Source: Ostreococcus lucimarinus (lineage: Eukaryota). Taken from it: a DNA stretch of 64,000 nucleotides. A program made the translations under genes and the position numbers. Location: NCBI GenBank assembly GCA_000092065.1, contig CP000594.1; one strand, given 5' to 3'. The notes beneath the pieces are model-generated. The model searched no databases. It saw only the letters and a list, made by a program, of their open reading frames with translations, and was not told the DNA's origin. The stretch's first letter is position 1, and each line of letters begins with the position of its first letter. Positions 33,501 to 43,951 of the stretch are shown here, piece after piece.

Positions 33501-36500
33501 AACGGGGCGAGCAAATTGCGAAGTGACATTTGCGCGAAACTCTCCTTGCACAAGGACGTACTCACTATCGGTGAAACTGTGCATTCTTTGGACGAGTTAA
33601 TGATTTCAGCTATGTCGGATGATAGTCTCAGCGTGATGTTTGATATTGACGATGATGATGCGAGATCTCGCGACACGGTCCTGTTCGATGCATGGTACGC
33701 ACGGATTAACGGCGTCGCTCGCGAAAATATCACTAGGCTGACAAATGCTGCAAAGAACGGCAAGCTGTCGAAGACTCAAGTGATTTTAAGTGTCGGCGCC
33801 GAAAAGCTGTCTGTTCATGTTTTTGCACCTCTCAAAGCACATCCATCCGAAGATGATTCCGCTGTGATAAATGACGAATCAGATTCTGAACGAGCGCTCG
33901 CAAGCCTTTGTTTCGACGAGCTCAACTACGACTCGTCGTTGGCTCGTACCGTGAAAGTCCATCATATAAAAGCAAACTCACTCGTTTTGTACGACAGATA
34001 TGCAAGTGAAGGTCTTGGACGCGAGTGCATCGCCGGAATTGGAGGACAGGGCTCCGGTCAACCCCTACTTACAGTCACGGTCGCCGTTCGCCATCAGAGC
34101 GATCCCCAATATTGCGGATTGGACAAGCTGATCGAAGTCGACATTCACAAAGAGTTAGTGATGAATATTCGTCGGCCCACGCTCCTTGCATTGATCTCGT
34201 TGAGATTCAGACTGCGTCCACCCGGTTTCAAGATTATTAAGATCATGCCTGATGTATCGTCGCGCATCATGATTTCTGGCAAGCTCGTAAAACGGATCAA
34301 ACGCGAGATACGCGTGAACGTTGCGGCAGTGACTGCGAATGGCTTTTATGATCACGACAAAGAGATGGATGTTCCTGTGCTAGTGTTGCGTGCCGAAGAT
34401 TCGTATTGGAGCACCATTATCAGTCCTCCAACACGTGAAACAAGCGTAAGCGTTGGCACCATAAAACTTGCGACGGGACAGATGCAAGCTCGGGGCGCTT
34501 GGAATCTACAACCTTCACCCGAGTCGAGCTCAAACATCATACTTTTACGTAATGACGTGTACGACAGAGGAGAAGAATTAGACGGGGCCGATGTGTCGTG
34601 GGAGATCGAGCTCGGAAATTTGGACATAGTTATGACTCCTGAGATGAAGGAAATTGGATCGTGGTTCGCATTCTTTCGTCAAATAAGACCTGATCATATT
34701 GAAAAGTACGTCCACCCATGTGCACGACCTCGAGCTGGATTTCAAGTGCTCAAATCCCGTCTCTTGATCAAGATGGACGATCAAAGGATCACCTTGCCCG
34801 TCGCCCTCAGCGAGGGCGAGTCAAATCACGACGTCGTCATCAACTCAGGATGTGTAGAAATCACCAGATCATTTTCTTCGAAAGCAATCAATGAAGCGCA
34901 TTCAATATTTTGGCAAACAACGGCATTGAGCGTGTCAGAGTTTGAAGTAAGTGTCATCTCATTTGCGGAGAAGCGGAGAGAAAGCGTTTCTAAAATTACG
35001 CAGAAGCCGTTTGGTGTGAAATTGTCTTTGCGGAAGAGAATTGACAGTGGCCCCGCAATCGTGAATGAACTCGATGATAAGAACAAAATCAGAGTGCAGC
35101 CTATTTTCCTCGACTTATCCGGTAGCGAATTTCGATGTATCCACGATTCCATCAAGAACATTCAGTTGAGTAAAGTTCGGCCGAACGTCAAAGTGGAAAA
35201 TCCTATCAGATGGGGTAGCGTCGGACCGCTCCCTGTTTCAGACGTGCTCGCGCCGGCATCGTTGAAGTCGATGGAATTGAGCGTTATTCTGAGCAGCGCA
35301 AAACTCCGCGTCTTCCGGCTACCGATGCAAAGTCGTCCCCTCTCAACGATAAAGGTAGTTGGCGTCGACGTGTTTGTCGTAAAAAACTTGAATCGCAAGT
35401 CTGGAATCAATCTCGACGCTACCGTGGATATGATTGGCGTCGACGATAATTCTCGACAATCCCAGAACCTTAAAGTCAAGCACGTTCTCTATGCGGGTTC
35501 TCCGAAATTACCATTGCTTCATTTGACGCTCGGTGTGAATGATGACAGCACGCGCCTGCGAATTTCGCTACAGCATGTAGAAGTATTGCTGCGTGTGGGA
35601 ATCATTTTGGATACCATACGGACTTTCGCACCTCGAAAATTTGGAGGGGTCTTTTTAGCCAGTACGATTCTTCCTCAAGACATTAAGTGCGTGCACGGCA
35701 GTGACTTCCATCTCGATAAGGATGTCACTCTGACGAAAAGTACGAGACTGCTGGCCGACGATCCCAAAATTGTTGCTGGCAAATATGTGCTGCGCGGAGG
35801 TGGACATACCATAAAATTCGCCGATGGCAAAGGAGCGATCATTCGTCATTATTCCCATGGCTCTCGACGCAAGACGATGCCACGCATTATTATCGGTCAT
35901 GGCGCAACGCTGAAGATTGAAAACGTCACCTTCAATTGTACACGCTCAACATTGTCAAGGTTTATCAAAATGATGCCCGGCGGTAGTTACTCCCTCGGTA
36001 AGAGTGTTTCCTTTGACGAGACCGAAGAAGAGTTGATACCGGTTCACGATGGTCTTGTTGAAAGCACACCAGTTATTGATGCCGCAACAAAGCGTGCAGA
36101 AGAAGGACCAGGGCGAAGAATGAAGGAAATTAAAAAGAAACCGCTGTTGGTCGAGGTGGATGTGTCATGCGTACATATAGTCATCGGTGAAGAATTGAGA
36201 GCTGATCAGATCAACTTGATGTTTGGAGTCGATGTGGCAATAATTCGGGACGAAGAATTGAACACGACGGGAACTTATCAGCTACTTCGTCTTCGTACGA
36301 AGGACACTATGAAACCACCGCTTCTGGAACCAGCAAGCGTGACAATGCACGTTGTATCGCGTGATGGCGGCACCACAACTTGCACGGGGTGTGTGACACC
36401 TATCAAGATGCAGTTGAGTCCCAACAGGATTTGTATCTTGAAGAATTTCACGGAACGTATTGAGCGATCATTTGCAATTGCGCCCATCTTGCAAACCGGC

Positions 36501-39500
36501 GTGTATTCGTGTGTCTGGGCAGGACATGCAACCACTTTAACAAAAAAAGTAACTGAGGCGGGTGTGCTCCGACAAAATCAAGCCGGTAGCAATACTTCCT
36601 ACTCTATCTGGAGACCCGTTGCTCCACCTGGTTACGCCATACTATCTGATGTCGTGAAGTCTGAAGGAGGAGCTCCTGAAACGCAAGTTTTGATCGTTCG
36701 GGATGCGCCCGCTCTGTGCACGTTGCCAGAGAGATTTGAGAAAGTCAAAGGCACCGCAAATCCTTGCCTGTGGCGCCCGATCGCACCGACGGGTTTCGTG
36801 AGCTTAGGCGATATTGCGTCAGTATCGGATGCGGATGAACCGTCGCTGGACGTCGTCCGGTGTATTCGAGAAGAGCTCGTGACGAACATCGGTCAAGCGT
36901 CTACACTCGCAAACTTTCGCTTGTACGGAGATTTCAGTCAATCGAATACAACGTTGTGGCAAATGAATAACAGAGTCCGCGGATTCGTGGTGGTCTCGAA
37001 GTCGAATATTCGGCCTTACGCGTACGACATTCGCTCCCCTCCTGGATTTCAACGCAAAGTTTCGACGGGAACCAAGGAGAAGATAAAGCTGCAGGAAAAG
37101 GAGTGCGAGTGTGCCACCGCGGTGAATTTCAAAAAGATTGGCATGGCACAAAACGCGAAGTCAACTGTTGGGTTTTGGGAAGTCATTCCGCCTACGGGTT
37201 ATGTATCCACCGGACACTGCATGAGTGTGGGCAAACTTCCGCCTTTAAGCAGTAGAGTGTTCGCGGACGATAAACGTACTTTTCGACAACCAGAGTCATA
37301 TGAAAAAGTTGCTTCAGCGCGTACGTACGGCACCACACAGCGTTTGACAATTTGGAAACCAGTGCCATGCGCCGGGTTTGTGAGCGTCGGGTTTGTTGTC
37401 ACCACTGAAGATAACGAGCCTTCTGTGAATGACTCGATCGTCTGCGTCCGAGCAGAATTGGTATCTTACATGCATCAAAGGAACTGGACTACAGACAACT
37501 CTGTTTGGACAGTTGACGAAAATGCTACAGACACCACGCACTTCTGGATCACAAATGATCACACGAAAAATTTCGTTATGAGTGTTTTGACGACTGGCAT
37601 GACGCCCGATTTCGGCTTTGATATCGGCTTCCTAGAAAGCTCTTCGTTAAGGGGGCAAGTACAAATGCCAAATTTCATTATGAAATTCGACGTGCCTCTT
37701 GTGAGCGTCGGACTCTCATTTGAAAGATTGTTTCGCAACCAGATGCTCTTCTTGCTTCGATTGGAAAAAACGAAGTTGAGTTGTACGAAAACGTCGAAAT
37801 TGAATCTGTCGTTAGATTCTTCGCTGTCTCTCCTGCATAGAAATACGCGACTGGGATACAGTCTAGAACCCATTGTGGCGCCGTGGAAGTTTTCGGTTCT
37901 GTTGGATGACTCAAAAAATGATGTTTCGGGCGTGAATCCCGCGGGGTTGGACATGTTCATTGAAAGTAAAAAGAAGATTGAGATAATCGTCAATCAAGCC
38001 TCCATAGTTGACGCAGTGGATGCCGTGATGCAGTTTAAGAAACCACGCGACAAAAACTCAAAAATTGCACATTTGTTGGCTTACGAAGCCGTGCAAAACA
38101 ACGTCATTGTGAATTCCACGGGACGCGACTTATGGGTTCGCGAACTGAATGGCAATATACAAGAAGTACCGCCTGGAAATAGCATTTCGCATTTGGTACA
38201 TGCCGCTGAAACCGAAGCAAATTCTGGATTCGAGAGTGCATCAAATGAGCAGACGATGCGCGGTATGACTGACGTCGTTGATGACATGAATCATCACGGT
38301 GACGAACAGCTCATTATCGCATACCTGATGATGGATATCGTGGCAATTGACTCGTTGGATGACTGGCTTTACCCCCGCATAACTTTCAAGATTTGGGATG
38401 AGGCTTTGCAGGGTCATCGTACCGATCCATTACCCATCGGCGTTACGCGCGGCTCAGCAAAGTTACCGATCCCTCATCCTTTTTTCCATCGCGATAGTGA
38501 TAGCGAGTTCATCAACAATGACGATATCACCATTATCGTCGAAATTTCTCATATTGGGCCAAATGGCGAAACATTGAGCTTCAGTGGTGACTTTGAAGCT
38601 CCAATCGAACAACAACGCGGTGGATGGATTGGCGGTAAAACTGGAAGCTGGATAGACTGTGCTGCAGGCAATGGTGACTCCGTGAGAATTAAGCTGCGCG
38701 CTCGAGTGGTGGAAGGTTTGAATGCGACGCCAGTCACAGAAACGGTAGAGTTGTATCAACTCTTAAAGAGTCCGCAGAAAACGATTATCAAGAGTAAATT
38801 ACAAGTTGAATCACCACCTCTCATCGTGTGTCGTACGAATGACATGGTGAAGCAATGGTGGACAAGAGATCATCAGCAAAGTAAAAGTGCCCTAAGTGCT
38901 TGGAAGCCGCACGTCCCATCGACGTATGAACTCGAGACGAGATATAAGTTTTGTTCGAGTAGAGCTGAAAACGAGTATAAACTCGTACCTTTTGGGACCA
39001 TCCTCTTGCCCGGCCTCATCGCGCCTCGCAGTGCGCTCATGGCAGTTGTCTTAGAACATAATTCAGATCAGCGGGCACCGACTGCTTTTCCCTCGGGGTT
39101 CGAAAATATTTGGACGAGCGATAAAAATGATGTCTCATTTTGGAAGCCCATTGCACCAGACGGTTACGTTGCAGTTGGTAACGTGGTTGCGGCGAGCGCC
39201 GAAATGCCTTCCACCGATTGCGTCGTTTGTGTTCGCGAGGATTTGACAAAACTTGCAGAAGTGCCTCCGGATGTTGCATGGAAATCGAACAGACGATTTC
39301 GCAATAATGATGAAAGAGAATTGGCGCTTATTCAAAACGGCCAACTGAGTACTGGTGGATGGTCGTTCTTGAAGGAGAAAATCAAGCGCACGAGTCCAGG
39401 CGTGATTTCGAACGTCATTCCATCTATGCATAGACTTAATGACAGGATGTGCATTCATTCTTTGGATGACGAAGGTATTCGCGAGTTTTGGATCGATAAC

Positions 39501-42500
39501 CGCACTCATATAGATCATATAAAGCAAGAATTACAAGCTGGAGAGTCAATTCTCGCCATTTCGTTTTCTCCTTCCGGGCCGTTTGAGCAAGTGCGTCTTA
39601 ATCTAGGCGCTTCACACGTTGTTCGTCACAAGACTCACGATTTAGTCTTTGACAGTCAAAAGGGGCATCTTTTGAGCTATGTTTCGTGCGAAAACGAAAC
39701 AGATTCTGATATATTCGTTGATGTTCATCCAGCTATGAAGAGAGAACTCACGACTTCTAATTTGGACATATCTCTGAGTGAGAAGTATGAGTCGCCGAGC
39801 GATGTCGCGGATATAGAAGTATTTGAATCGGAACGATATTACCCGTTGAGAGGATGGCGTGCTCCAAAAGACGCTATCGTAAAAGCTCGTTATAGCAGGC
39901 ATAAAAGTGGACGAGGTTCGCAAAAACGGTTTCCAGACGTCAAAGCTCCAAAAGGTTTCAGATTTGAAGGACCGTGGGAGCTCGACAAACCACCAAATCT
40001 GGTGAATGACGACGGTTGGGCGTACGGTGCTATTTGGCTAAGGAAGTGGCCACCGCCTCGTGGATCAGACAAAAGTAAAGGTCGTGCAACCCGTCGCCGA
40101 CGATGGTTTCGTCGTGTCGTTCGATTGAAATCAGCTGAAGAAATTGAATCGCGCGTTTCCCTTCATAACATGAAGCGAGATTTCATCGAAGATTGGCACG
40201 GCACGTTGGCGGTACACGGACGTCTTACGCTACCTTCTTGTTCACGAACCGAGTCCTACATGTTGGCGTTACGCACGGGGGCTGACGTCGCATCAATTAC
40301 CGCTCCGTCGTTTACCGAGAGAGATGACGCGCTGGATATTCGTGACGTGTTATCAGAGCAAGGCAACTGTGCGCTTGCTTACAACAACCTGCACGATCAC
40401 TTTCTTTTGGTCAAAGAAGAATTGTCGAATGATGTGCAAAGTAGCGCGATAGGTGCTATTCCAGGCGTCAAGATTCGTGTCGTTGCCCCTGTTCACGTTG
40501 TCTCATTGATGGATTGTCCGTCGCAAGTTGTTTTGTACGCCAATGGCGAAGAAAGAATTGCCATGCATCTTGCCGCGAACGAAACGAAACGTATCACGGC
40601 GATCGATGCAAACTGTGATACAATAGAGGTGCTCGTGTCTTTGTTCGAAGATTATCTCAGCCTTAGTAACGACAGGCCGCTGCGTCTAGATGTCACCCCG
40701 GCTGGAAGTCCACCGGCGCCACAGGTAAACTGGTTGAACATCAAAGGCTATCCGTATGTGGTTTCTATGCTGTTGATGGAGACGTGTAGAACTAGAATGG
40801 CGGGTGATAAATTCAACGATGATCCTTCGCAGCATCTCTTGAGTCTGACGTATCGCAATGTGCTGATGGTTACAAATGCATCACCGATCGACATTAAGTG
40901 TTTGGCGTGGGTCGCTGGCACAAGTACGACAAACGCGCACATAGATGCATACGTTGGGGTACCCAAAGGCGAGTCGCAACCTGCCATGTTTCTGAAATCG
41001 AGTGCGAAAACCCTCGCCAAAGTTTCGAGCAAAGAATTTGTGCTCGGTTTTTGTATCGATTCGTCTCCAGTACTAGTGAAAATTTCACCAAGTTCTGAGC
41101 CCGTGATGTTTACGCTTATGACAGCAAGTGGGGACGAACTTGCCTTTCAATGTTCCGTAGTATTATGGGAGGGTCAAAACACCAACGCCGCGACATGGCC
41201 AACGCTTGAAGTTGTTTTACAACCCGTGCTCGTGGCGATCAACTTGACTCGAATTCCTCTCGCGATTCGCTCAAACACTATGGAACACAAGATACTCGAG
41301 CCAGGTTCATATCCCACGCCGTTTTCTTTGGATATTAAGTCTTCGAAAAGCGTAGACGAAGTTGAAGCCGTGCTTAATCAAGCCGCGATTCAAATAGCGG
41401 ATATGTCGTGTCATTCGGAAGGAAAAGATATACTTTGGAGTTCGCCGCTGCAGAATTTGGTGCGCTATTCTGGAGCGATGTGGAGCATCCCACAAGGTGC
41501 CTCCCCCTTGGCGGATGAAATTAATGCATTTAGAAGACTTGGAGGTATCGACGAGTCTGGCGAAAACGTAAATTTCAAGGCACCTATCATCGTTCAGTTT
41601 CTTGTCGAGCGCGGTGAGCACGGTTGCTTCAGGGTCTTTTTTAGGGGGGGCGACGGAGCATCTCTGCAGAAGGCGCCAATCATGATCAAAAACCATTTGC
41701 ACGAACCTTTACTCATTCGACAAGTGAAAGCGAACGACTTTGAGGACGTAGAAAAGAAGTCGGTGCAAAAGTCCACCGTGCGACTACTGCAAGGTATTAA
41801 GAAAGCCTCACACGGCGTAGGACAGTCTTTTGCAATTCGCCCGTTCTCAGCGATATCTTGGGCGTGGAGCGTCCCAGGTATTCCTATGAGATTGGACAAC
41901 TTGAAAAAACAGGAGCTCGAGGCAAACGCCGCGGAGCTCGCATTTCGAAAGCGGAAATTTTTGGAGATATCGAACAATACAGGGGATCACGTCATCATAG
42001 AGATAAACGCGTTCAGCTCGCGATTCAAGGGTTTCATGCACCTCGGCGACATGCAATTTGGAGAACTAGGCAAGCGCACGTTACAGGCAACGATTATTGG
42101 TGAATGGCGTGACGCATCGTTCGTGATCTTCGTGGTTGATAAAACGATAACGTTTGACAACTTTTCTTTCACGACTGAAATGACGAATCAAGCGAAAGCA
42201 TTGACGTTGTACGCGCGGCAGCAAGAAACGCACATCTCTGTCAATTTGGCTGGCTTCTCCGTAACAATCATCGATCGCCTCCGCGACTCATTCGTCGAGT
42301 TATTCCATCTCACGATCGACGACGTGATGATCAGGCACGGAATCAACTTAATCAACAGCAGTTCTGTCTATAGTTATCTCAGAATTGGTGCACTGCAGAT
42401 AGATTTTAGCACGCATGACGCAAGCTATCCAGTCTTCGTTTGGCACGACCCGGCGGACGGGCACTTGCTTGAAGCGTACGCTACTTTGAGTATGAATTCT

Positions 42501-43901
42501 CATATCGGTGGTGACTCGATCGATGTTTATCACGTCCAACTAACGACAACGAAGAAAGGCCTCGTGATTCGCGCCGGTGAAGATCTCGTCTGGACAATCT
42601 TGAACTTTTGCAGACTCCTCCAAACGCAACTTCCACAACGCAACGCTTCAGCAGGTTCCGCCATCGCGCCACGCGAAACGTTTGTTGGAAAGCAAACCTC
42701 ACAAGATAGTTTGCTGAATATCGCCACTTTATACGTGGAACCGACATCTTTTGTTGTCACGTTTGCTCCAAATTCCGATATCCGACCTGCAGACGCCGAC
42801 GCTCGGATGATCGCCGCGTTGACGTTTGCAAGTTTACAGCGCCTGCATTTGGTGCTCAACAAATTTGATAAATTCGATGAGAGCATACTTCGTTCGAATT
42901 TGATTCGCGAATTCCGAAACTATTTCAAGTCACAAATGATAGCGCAAACGCTCAGTGTCATGACATCGATGCACACGCTGACAAACGTTTCCACGGGTCT
43001 AGATGCAGTGAGCAAGGCGGTCGAAACCGGCTTCGGCGTACTCGCGCCTTCTCGTACGGCGCCTTTGGCTCGTTTGCCATCTTCTGTCGTCGGCCGAGGA
43101 AGCAGAAGCGACGGTCAGGGCAACTTTGCGAAAAGTGTATTCGTTGGTCTGAAACGACTGGGGGGTGGTATTTCTAAGGGAATTATCGGCCTTTTCGTCA
43201 GCCCTGTAAAAGGTTGCATGGAAGGCGGCGTCGTGGGCGGGTGTAAAGGATGCGCTCGAGGCGTCGCCGACTTGGTAGCTAAACCGACCGCTGGCGCGTT
43301 AGCTCTCGCCTCAAAGACGGTCGAAGGCGTAGCCAATGCCGCTAAAGGCGTACAGACTGCCGCGTGGGACATCATCACCACGAATAATGTCTCAAAAGCG
43401 TGCATTAAACGCCTCCCCATCGCCGTGCGATCGGATGGCATCATTCGAAGATGGGATGCGCACGACGCGTTGGGTGTTTATTGCATGCGCACATGCGTCG
43501 TGTCCAGTCGAACACTGGGCATTTCTTACTGTCCGGGCGTGAAAGACTCATTCTCCTCGATGCATGACATTTTCGGTGAATATTTGTTGCTTGTCACCGA
43601 CAAGCGCGCGTTGTGCGTTCGGACGCCGGAGATGGACGGGGCCATGCCGGCGCGCGCGCCGACTTGCGCGTGGTACATCTCTTGGAGTGATGTGAGCTCG
43701 ATATGGATCGAAAACTCTGTGATCATAAAGTTGCAGATGAACGTCACGAGTGAGGGCGACACTTCCAACCTGGGTGCGCAGAAGCGTGAAACCGAATCTT
43801 GTTTTTCGATTCGCGCTAGAGCCCAAGACGAGGCGGCGAACATCGAAGCCGCGATGCGTCAAAGCTGGAACGCCTACCTGGATACAACAGAAGAAGAATA
43901 G
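30597..43901 (+). CDS. VPS13: VPS13-family bulk lipid-transfer protein, ~4434 aa, intronless, with an internal series of Vps62/DUF946-like W-x-P-x-x-P-x-G-[YF] repeats
   Basis: N-terminal chorein-N domain MVFERLLADQLNARLGRVLEGVDRDDVRVGVLNGDVRIRRVRV..VRVPWRNLGKEAVRVTFHGVYVV. One continuous 13.3-kb ORF. The track ORF starts at 29634, but the first ATG matching the VPS13 N-terminus is at ~30597. Five repeats (WRPVAPPGYAILSDVV, WRPIAPTGFVSLGDIA, WEVIPPTGYVSTGHCM, WKPVPCAGFVSVGFVV, WKPIAPDGYVAVGNVV) lie at ~36.6-39.2 kb. Confidence 0.9.
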   Translation: MVFERLLADQLNARLGRVLEGVDRDDVRVGVLNGDVRIRRVRVRASALTKILDEPSARVRCGFVDELRVRVPWRNLGKEAVRVTFHGVYVVGEIDVNGDDEARESEEERRERQRVKALRTARRAADAAERAWLKWNPAVNAEALEAEDGRESAQDGVRKRSAIAGLIDVALANVLIEISNVHVRIEGEYGAGVPWGMGLVLERVSLTTVGEDFENDFKVGGFADSLRKMIALERVGVYADFNSPSVASETPDGWRGIREDQFVRQMSAVFNTEVGERMKEGTSGDVVIPQSYVFGPLRGTATYARRGHAEDTNTPLHQLRMDINSIQISIKSTQLKVFYNMYSNLRTSRVRYTYAHIRPRVGVKGNARLWWRFAGAGVQMHVDEIRKRRGLDFKSSVSAMVRITEARQRYIPLYVKHLRSAPPPPECLIAERAERRNKLWPPKLKIGMSTEIDEIEEGIPLQSIITFRTLAHVEYRESGGVKAAVARERAARFGKRRVVRAVVGLAGGGAKNTAKVLKGLSAPIRGLARAVNKRDSTALLVERQKRLRKSQPEEDDDSNWRESLENTVQLSQRMVALEEEAVHSSVELSGVVNVEKVLVCMVDDEVDNPIGEQEIFRIGVHEVSLGTLRGSGRREQRVSIRRLAIVSPEGTLLDSSKTTDNEERATSLDRSQVALWDKASECNAVQLQIVKGDVETEEDIFIKFQMRQSIVHLLREPLDRVARVAVRHKVTTAYLESFIYDDEAKQRNHTHSIEKQADEFKIRPRVRLDARVHGPVIILDGDGVNLRIDLGTTVIESMTPVSAGIESSLAKEHNVFSFQCTGFQVGFIDDEWDTNSNRPVEDEQIILPLLSAPSSNTVVIQNLNAASDAPNLKVHSKFSAIDISVSPVRVFKIRSLVKALKPTTSISEEHVAAVVTENEVRVLLLQLDESGEVCWIPATISLQNNSSMDIRTINGLKSRTIHINLMESNGASKLRSDICAKLSLHKDVLTIGETVHSLDELMISAMSDDSLSVMFDIDDDDARSRDTVLFDAWYARINGVARENITRLTNAAKNGKLSKTQVILSVGAEKLSVHVFAPLKAHPSEDDSAVINDESDSERALASLCFDELNYDSSLARTVKVHHIKANSLVLYDRYASEGLGRECIAGIGGQGSGQPLLTVTVAVRHQSDPQYCGLDKLIEVDIHKELVMNIRRPTLLALISLRFRLRPPGFKIIKIMPDVSSRIMISGKLVKRIKREIRVNVAAVTANGFYDHDKEMDVPVLVLRAEDSYWSTIISPPTRETSVSVGTIKLATGQMQARGAWNLQPSPESSSNIILLRNDVYDRGEELDGADVSWEIELGNLDIVMTPEMKEIGSWFAFFRQIRPDHIEKYVHPCARPRAGFQVLKSRLLIKMDDQRITLPVALSEGESNHDVVINSGCVEITRSFSSKAINEAHSIFWQTTALSVSEFEVSVISFAEKRRESVSKITQKPFGVKLSLRKRIDSGPAIVNELDDKNKIRVQPIFLDLSGSEFRCIHDSIKNIQLSKVRPNVKVENPIRWGSVGPLPVSDVLAPASLKSMELSVILSSAKLRVFRLPMQSRPLSTIKVVGVDVFVVKNLNRKSGINLDATVDMIGVDDNSRQSQNLKVKHVLYAGSPKLPLLHLTLGVNDDSTRLRISLQHVEVLLRVGIILDTIRTFAPRKFGGVFLASTILPQDIKCVHGSDFHLDKDVTLTKSTRLLADDPKIVAGKYVLRGGGHTIKFADGKGAIIRHYSHGSRRKTMPRIIIGHGATLKIENVTFNCTRSTLSRFIKMMPGGSYSLGKSVSFDETEEELIPVHDGLVESTPVIDAATKRAEEGPGRRMKEIKKKPLLVEVDVSCVHIVIGEELRADQINLMFGVDVAIIRDEELNTTGTYQLLRLRTKDTMKPPLLEPASVTMHVVSRDGGTTTCTGCVTPIKMQLSPNRICILKNFTERIERSFAIAPILQTGVYSCVWAGHATTLTKKVTEAGVLRQNQAGSNTSYSIWRPVAPPGYAILSDVVKSEGGAPETQVLIVRDAPALCTLPERFEKVKGTANPCLWRPIAPTGFVSLGDIASVSDADEPSLDVVRCIREELVTNIGQASTLANFRLYGDFSQSNTTLWQMNNRVRGFVVVSKSNIRPYAYDIRSPPGFQRKVSTGTKEKIKLQEKECECATAVNFKKIGMAQNAKSTVGFWEVIPPTGYVSTGHCMSVGKLPPLSSRVFADDKRTFRQPESYEKVASARTYGTTQRLTIWKPVPCAGFVSVGFVVTTEDNEPSVNDSIVCVRAELVSYMHQRNWTTDNSVWTVDENATDTTHFWITNDHTKNFVMSVLTTGMTPDFGFDIGFLESSSLRGQVQMPNFIMKFDVPLVSVGLSFERLFRNQMLFLLRLEKTKLSCTKTSKLNLSLDSSLSLLHRNTRLGYSLEPIVAPWKFSVLLDDSKNDVSGVNPAGLDMFIESKKKIEIIVNQASIVDAVDAVMQFKKPRDKNSKIAHLLAYEAVQNNVIVNSTGRDLWVRELNGNIQEVPPGNSISHLVHAAETEANSGFESASNEQTMRGMTDVVDDMNHHGDEQLIIAYLMMDIVAIDSLDDWLYPRITFKIWDEALQGHRTDPLPIGVTRGSAKLPIPHPFFHRDSDSEFINNDDITIIVEISHIGPNGETLSFSGDFEAPIEQQRGGWIGGKTGSWIDCAAGNGDSVRIKLRARVVEGLNATPVTETVELYQLLKSPQKTIIKSKLQVESPPLIVCRTNDMVKQWWTRDHQQSKSALSAWKPHVPSTYELETRYKFCSSRAENEYKLVPFGTILLPGLIAPRSALMAVVLEHNSDQRAPTAFPSGFENIWTSDKNDVSFWKPIAPDGYVAVGNVVAASAEMPSTDCVVCVREDLTKLAEVPPDVAWKSNRRFRNNDERELALIQNGQLSTGGWSFLKEKIKRTSPGVISNVIPSMHRLNDRMCIHSLDDEGIREFWIDNRTHIDHIKQELQAGESILAISFSPSGPFEQVRLNLGASHVVRHKTHDLVFDSQKGHLLSYVSCENETDSDIFVDVHPAMKRELTTSNLDISLSEKYESPSDVADIEVFESERYYPLRGWRAPKDAIVKARYSRHKSGRGSQKRFPDVKAPKGFRFEGPWELDKPPNLVNDDGWAYGAIWLRKWPPPRGSDKSKGRATRRRRWFRRVVRLKSAEEIESRVSLHNMKRDFIEDWHGTLAVHGRLTLPSCSRTESYMLALRTGADVASITAPSFTERDDALDIRDVLSEQGNCALAYNNLHDHFLLVKEELSNDVQSSAIGAIPGVKIRVVAPVHVVSLMDCPSQVVLYANGEERIAMHLAANETKRITAIDANCDTIEVLVSLFEDYLSLSNDRPLRLDVTPAGSPPAPQVNWLNIKGYPYVVSMLLMETCRTRMAGDKFNDDPSQHLLSLTYRNVLMVTNASPIDIKCLAWVAGTSTTNAHIDAYVGVPKGESQPAMFLKSSAKTLAKVSSKEFVLGFCIDSSPVLVKISPSSEPVMFTLMTASGDELAFQCSVVLWEGQNTNAATWPTLEVVLQPVLVAINLTRIPLAIRSNTMEHKILEPGSYPTPFSLDIKSSKSVDEVEAVLNQAAIQIADMSCHSEGKDILWSSPLQNLVRYSGAMWSIPQGASPLADEINAFRRLGGIDESGENVNFKAPIIVQFLVERGEHGCFRVFFRGGDGASLQKAPIMIKNHLHEPLLIRQVKANDFEDVEKKSVQKSTVRLLQGIKKASHGVGQSFAIRPFSAISWAWSVPGIPMRLDNLKKQELEANAAELAFRKRKFLEISNNTGDHVIIEINAFSSRFKGFMHLGDMQFGELGKRTLQATIIGEWRDASFVIFVVDKTITFDNFSFTTEMTNQAKALTLYARQQETHISVNLAGFSVTIIDRLRDSFVELFHLTIDDVMIRHGINLINSSSVYSYLRIGALQIDFSTHDASYPVFVWHDPADGHLLEAYATLSMNSHIGGDSIDVYHVQLTTTKKGLVIRAGEDLVWTILNFCRLLQTQLPQRNASAGSAIAPRETFVGKQTSQDSLLNIATLYVEPTSFVVTFAPNSDIRPADADARMIAALTFASLQRLHLVLNKFDKFDESILRSNLIREFRNYFKSQMIAQTLSVMTSMHTLTNVSTGLDAVSKAVETGFGVLAPSRTAPLARLPSSVVGRGSRSDGQGNFAKSVFVGLKRLGGGISKGIIGLFVSPVKGCMEGGVVGGCKGCARGVADLVAKPTAGALALASKTVEGVANAAKGVQTAAWDIITTNNVSKACIKRLPIAVRSDGIIRRWDAHDALGVYCMRTCVVSSRTLGISYCPGVKDSFSSMHDIFGEYLLLVTDKRALCVRTPEMDGAMPARAPTCAWYISWSDVSSIWIENSVIIKLQMNVTSEGDTSNLGAQKRETESCFSIRARAQDEAANIEAAMRQSWNAYLDTTEEE

Positions 43902-43951
43902 AATCACAATTAATGATAGTACTAGCAGTAATTCGCAGTGCGCGCGCCGCG

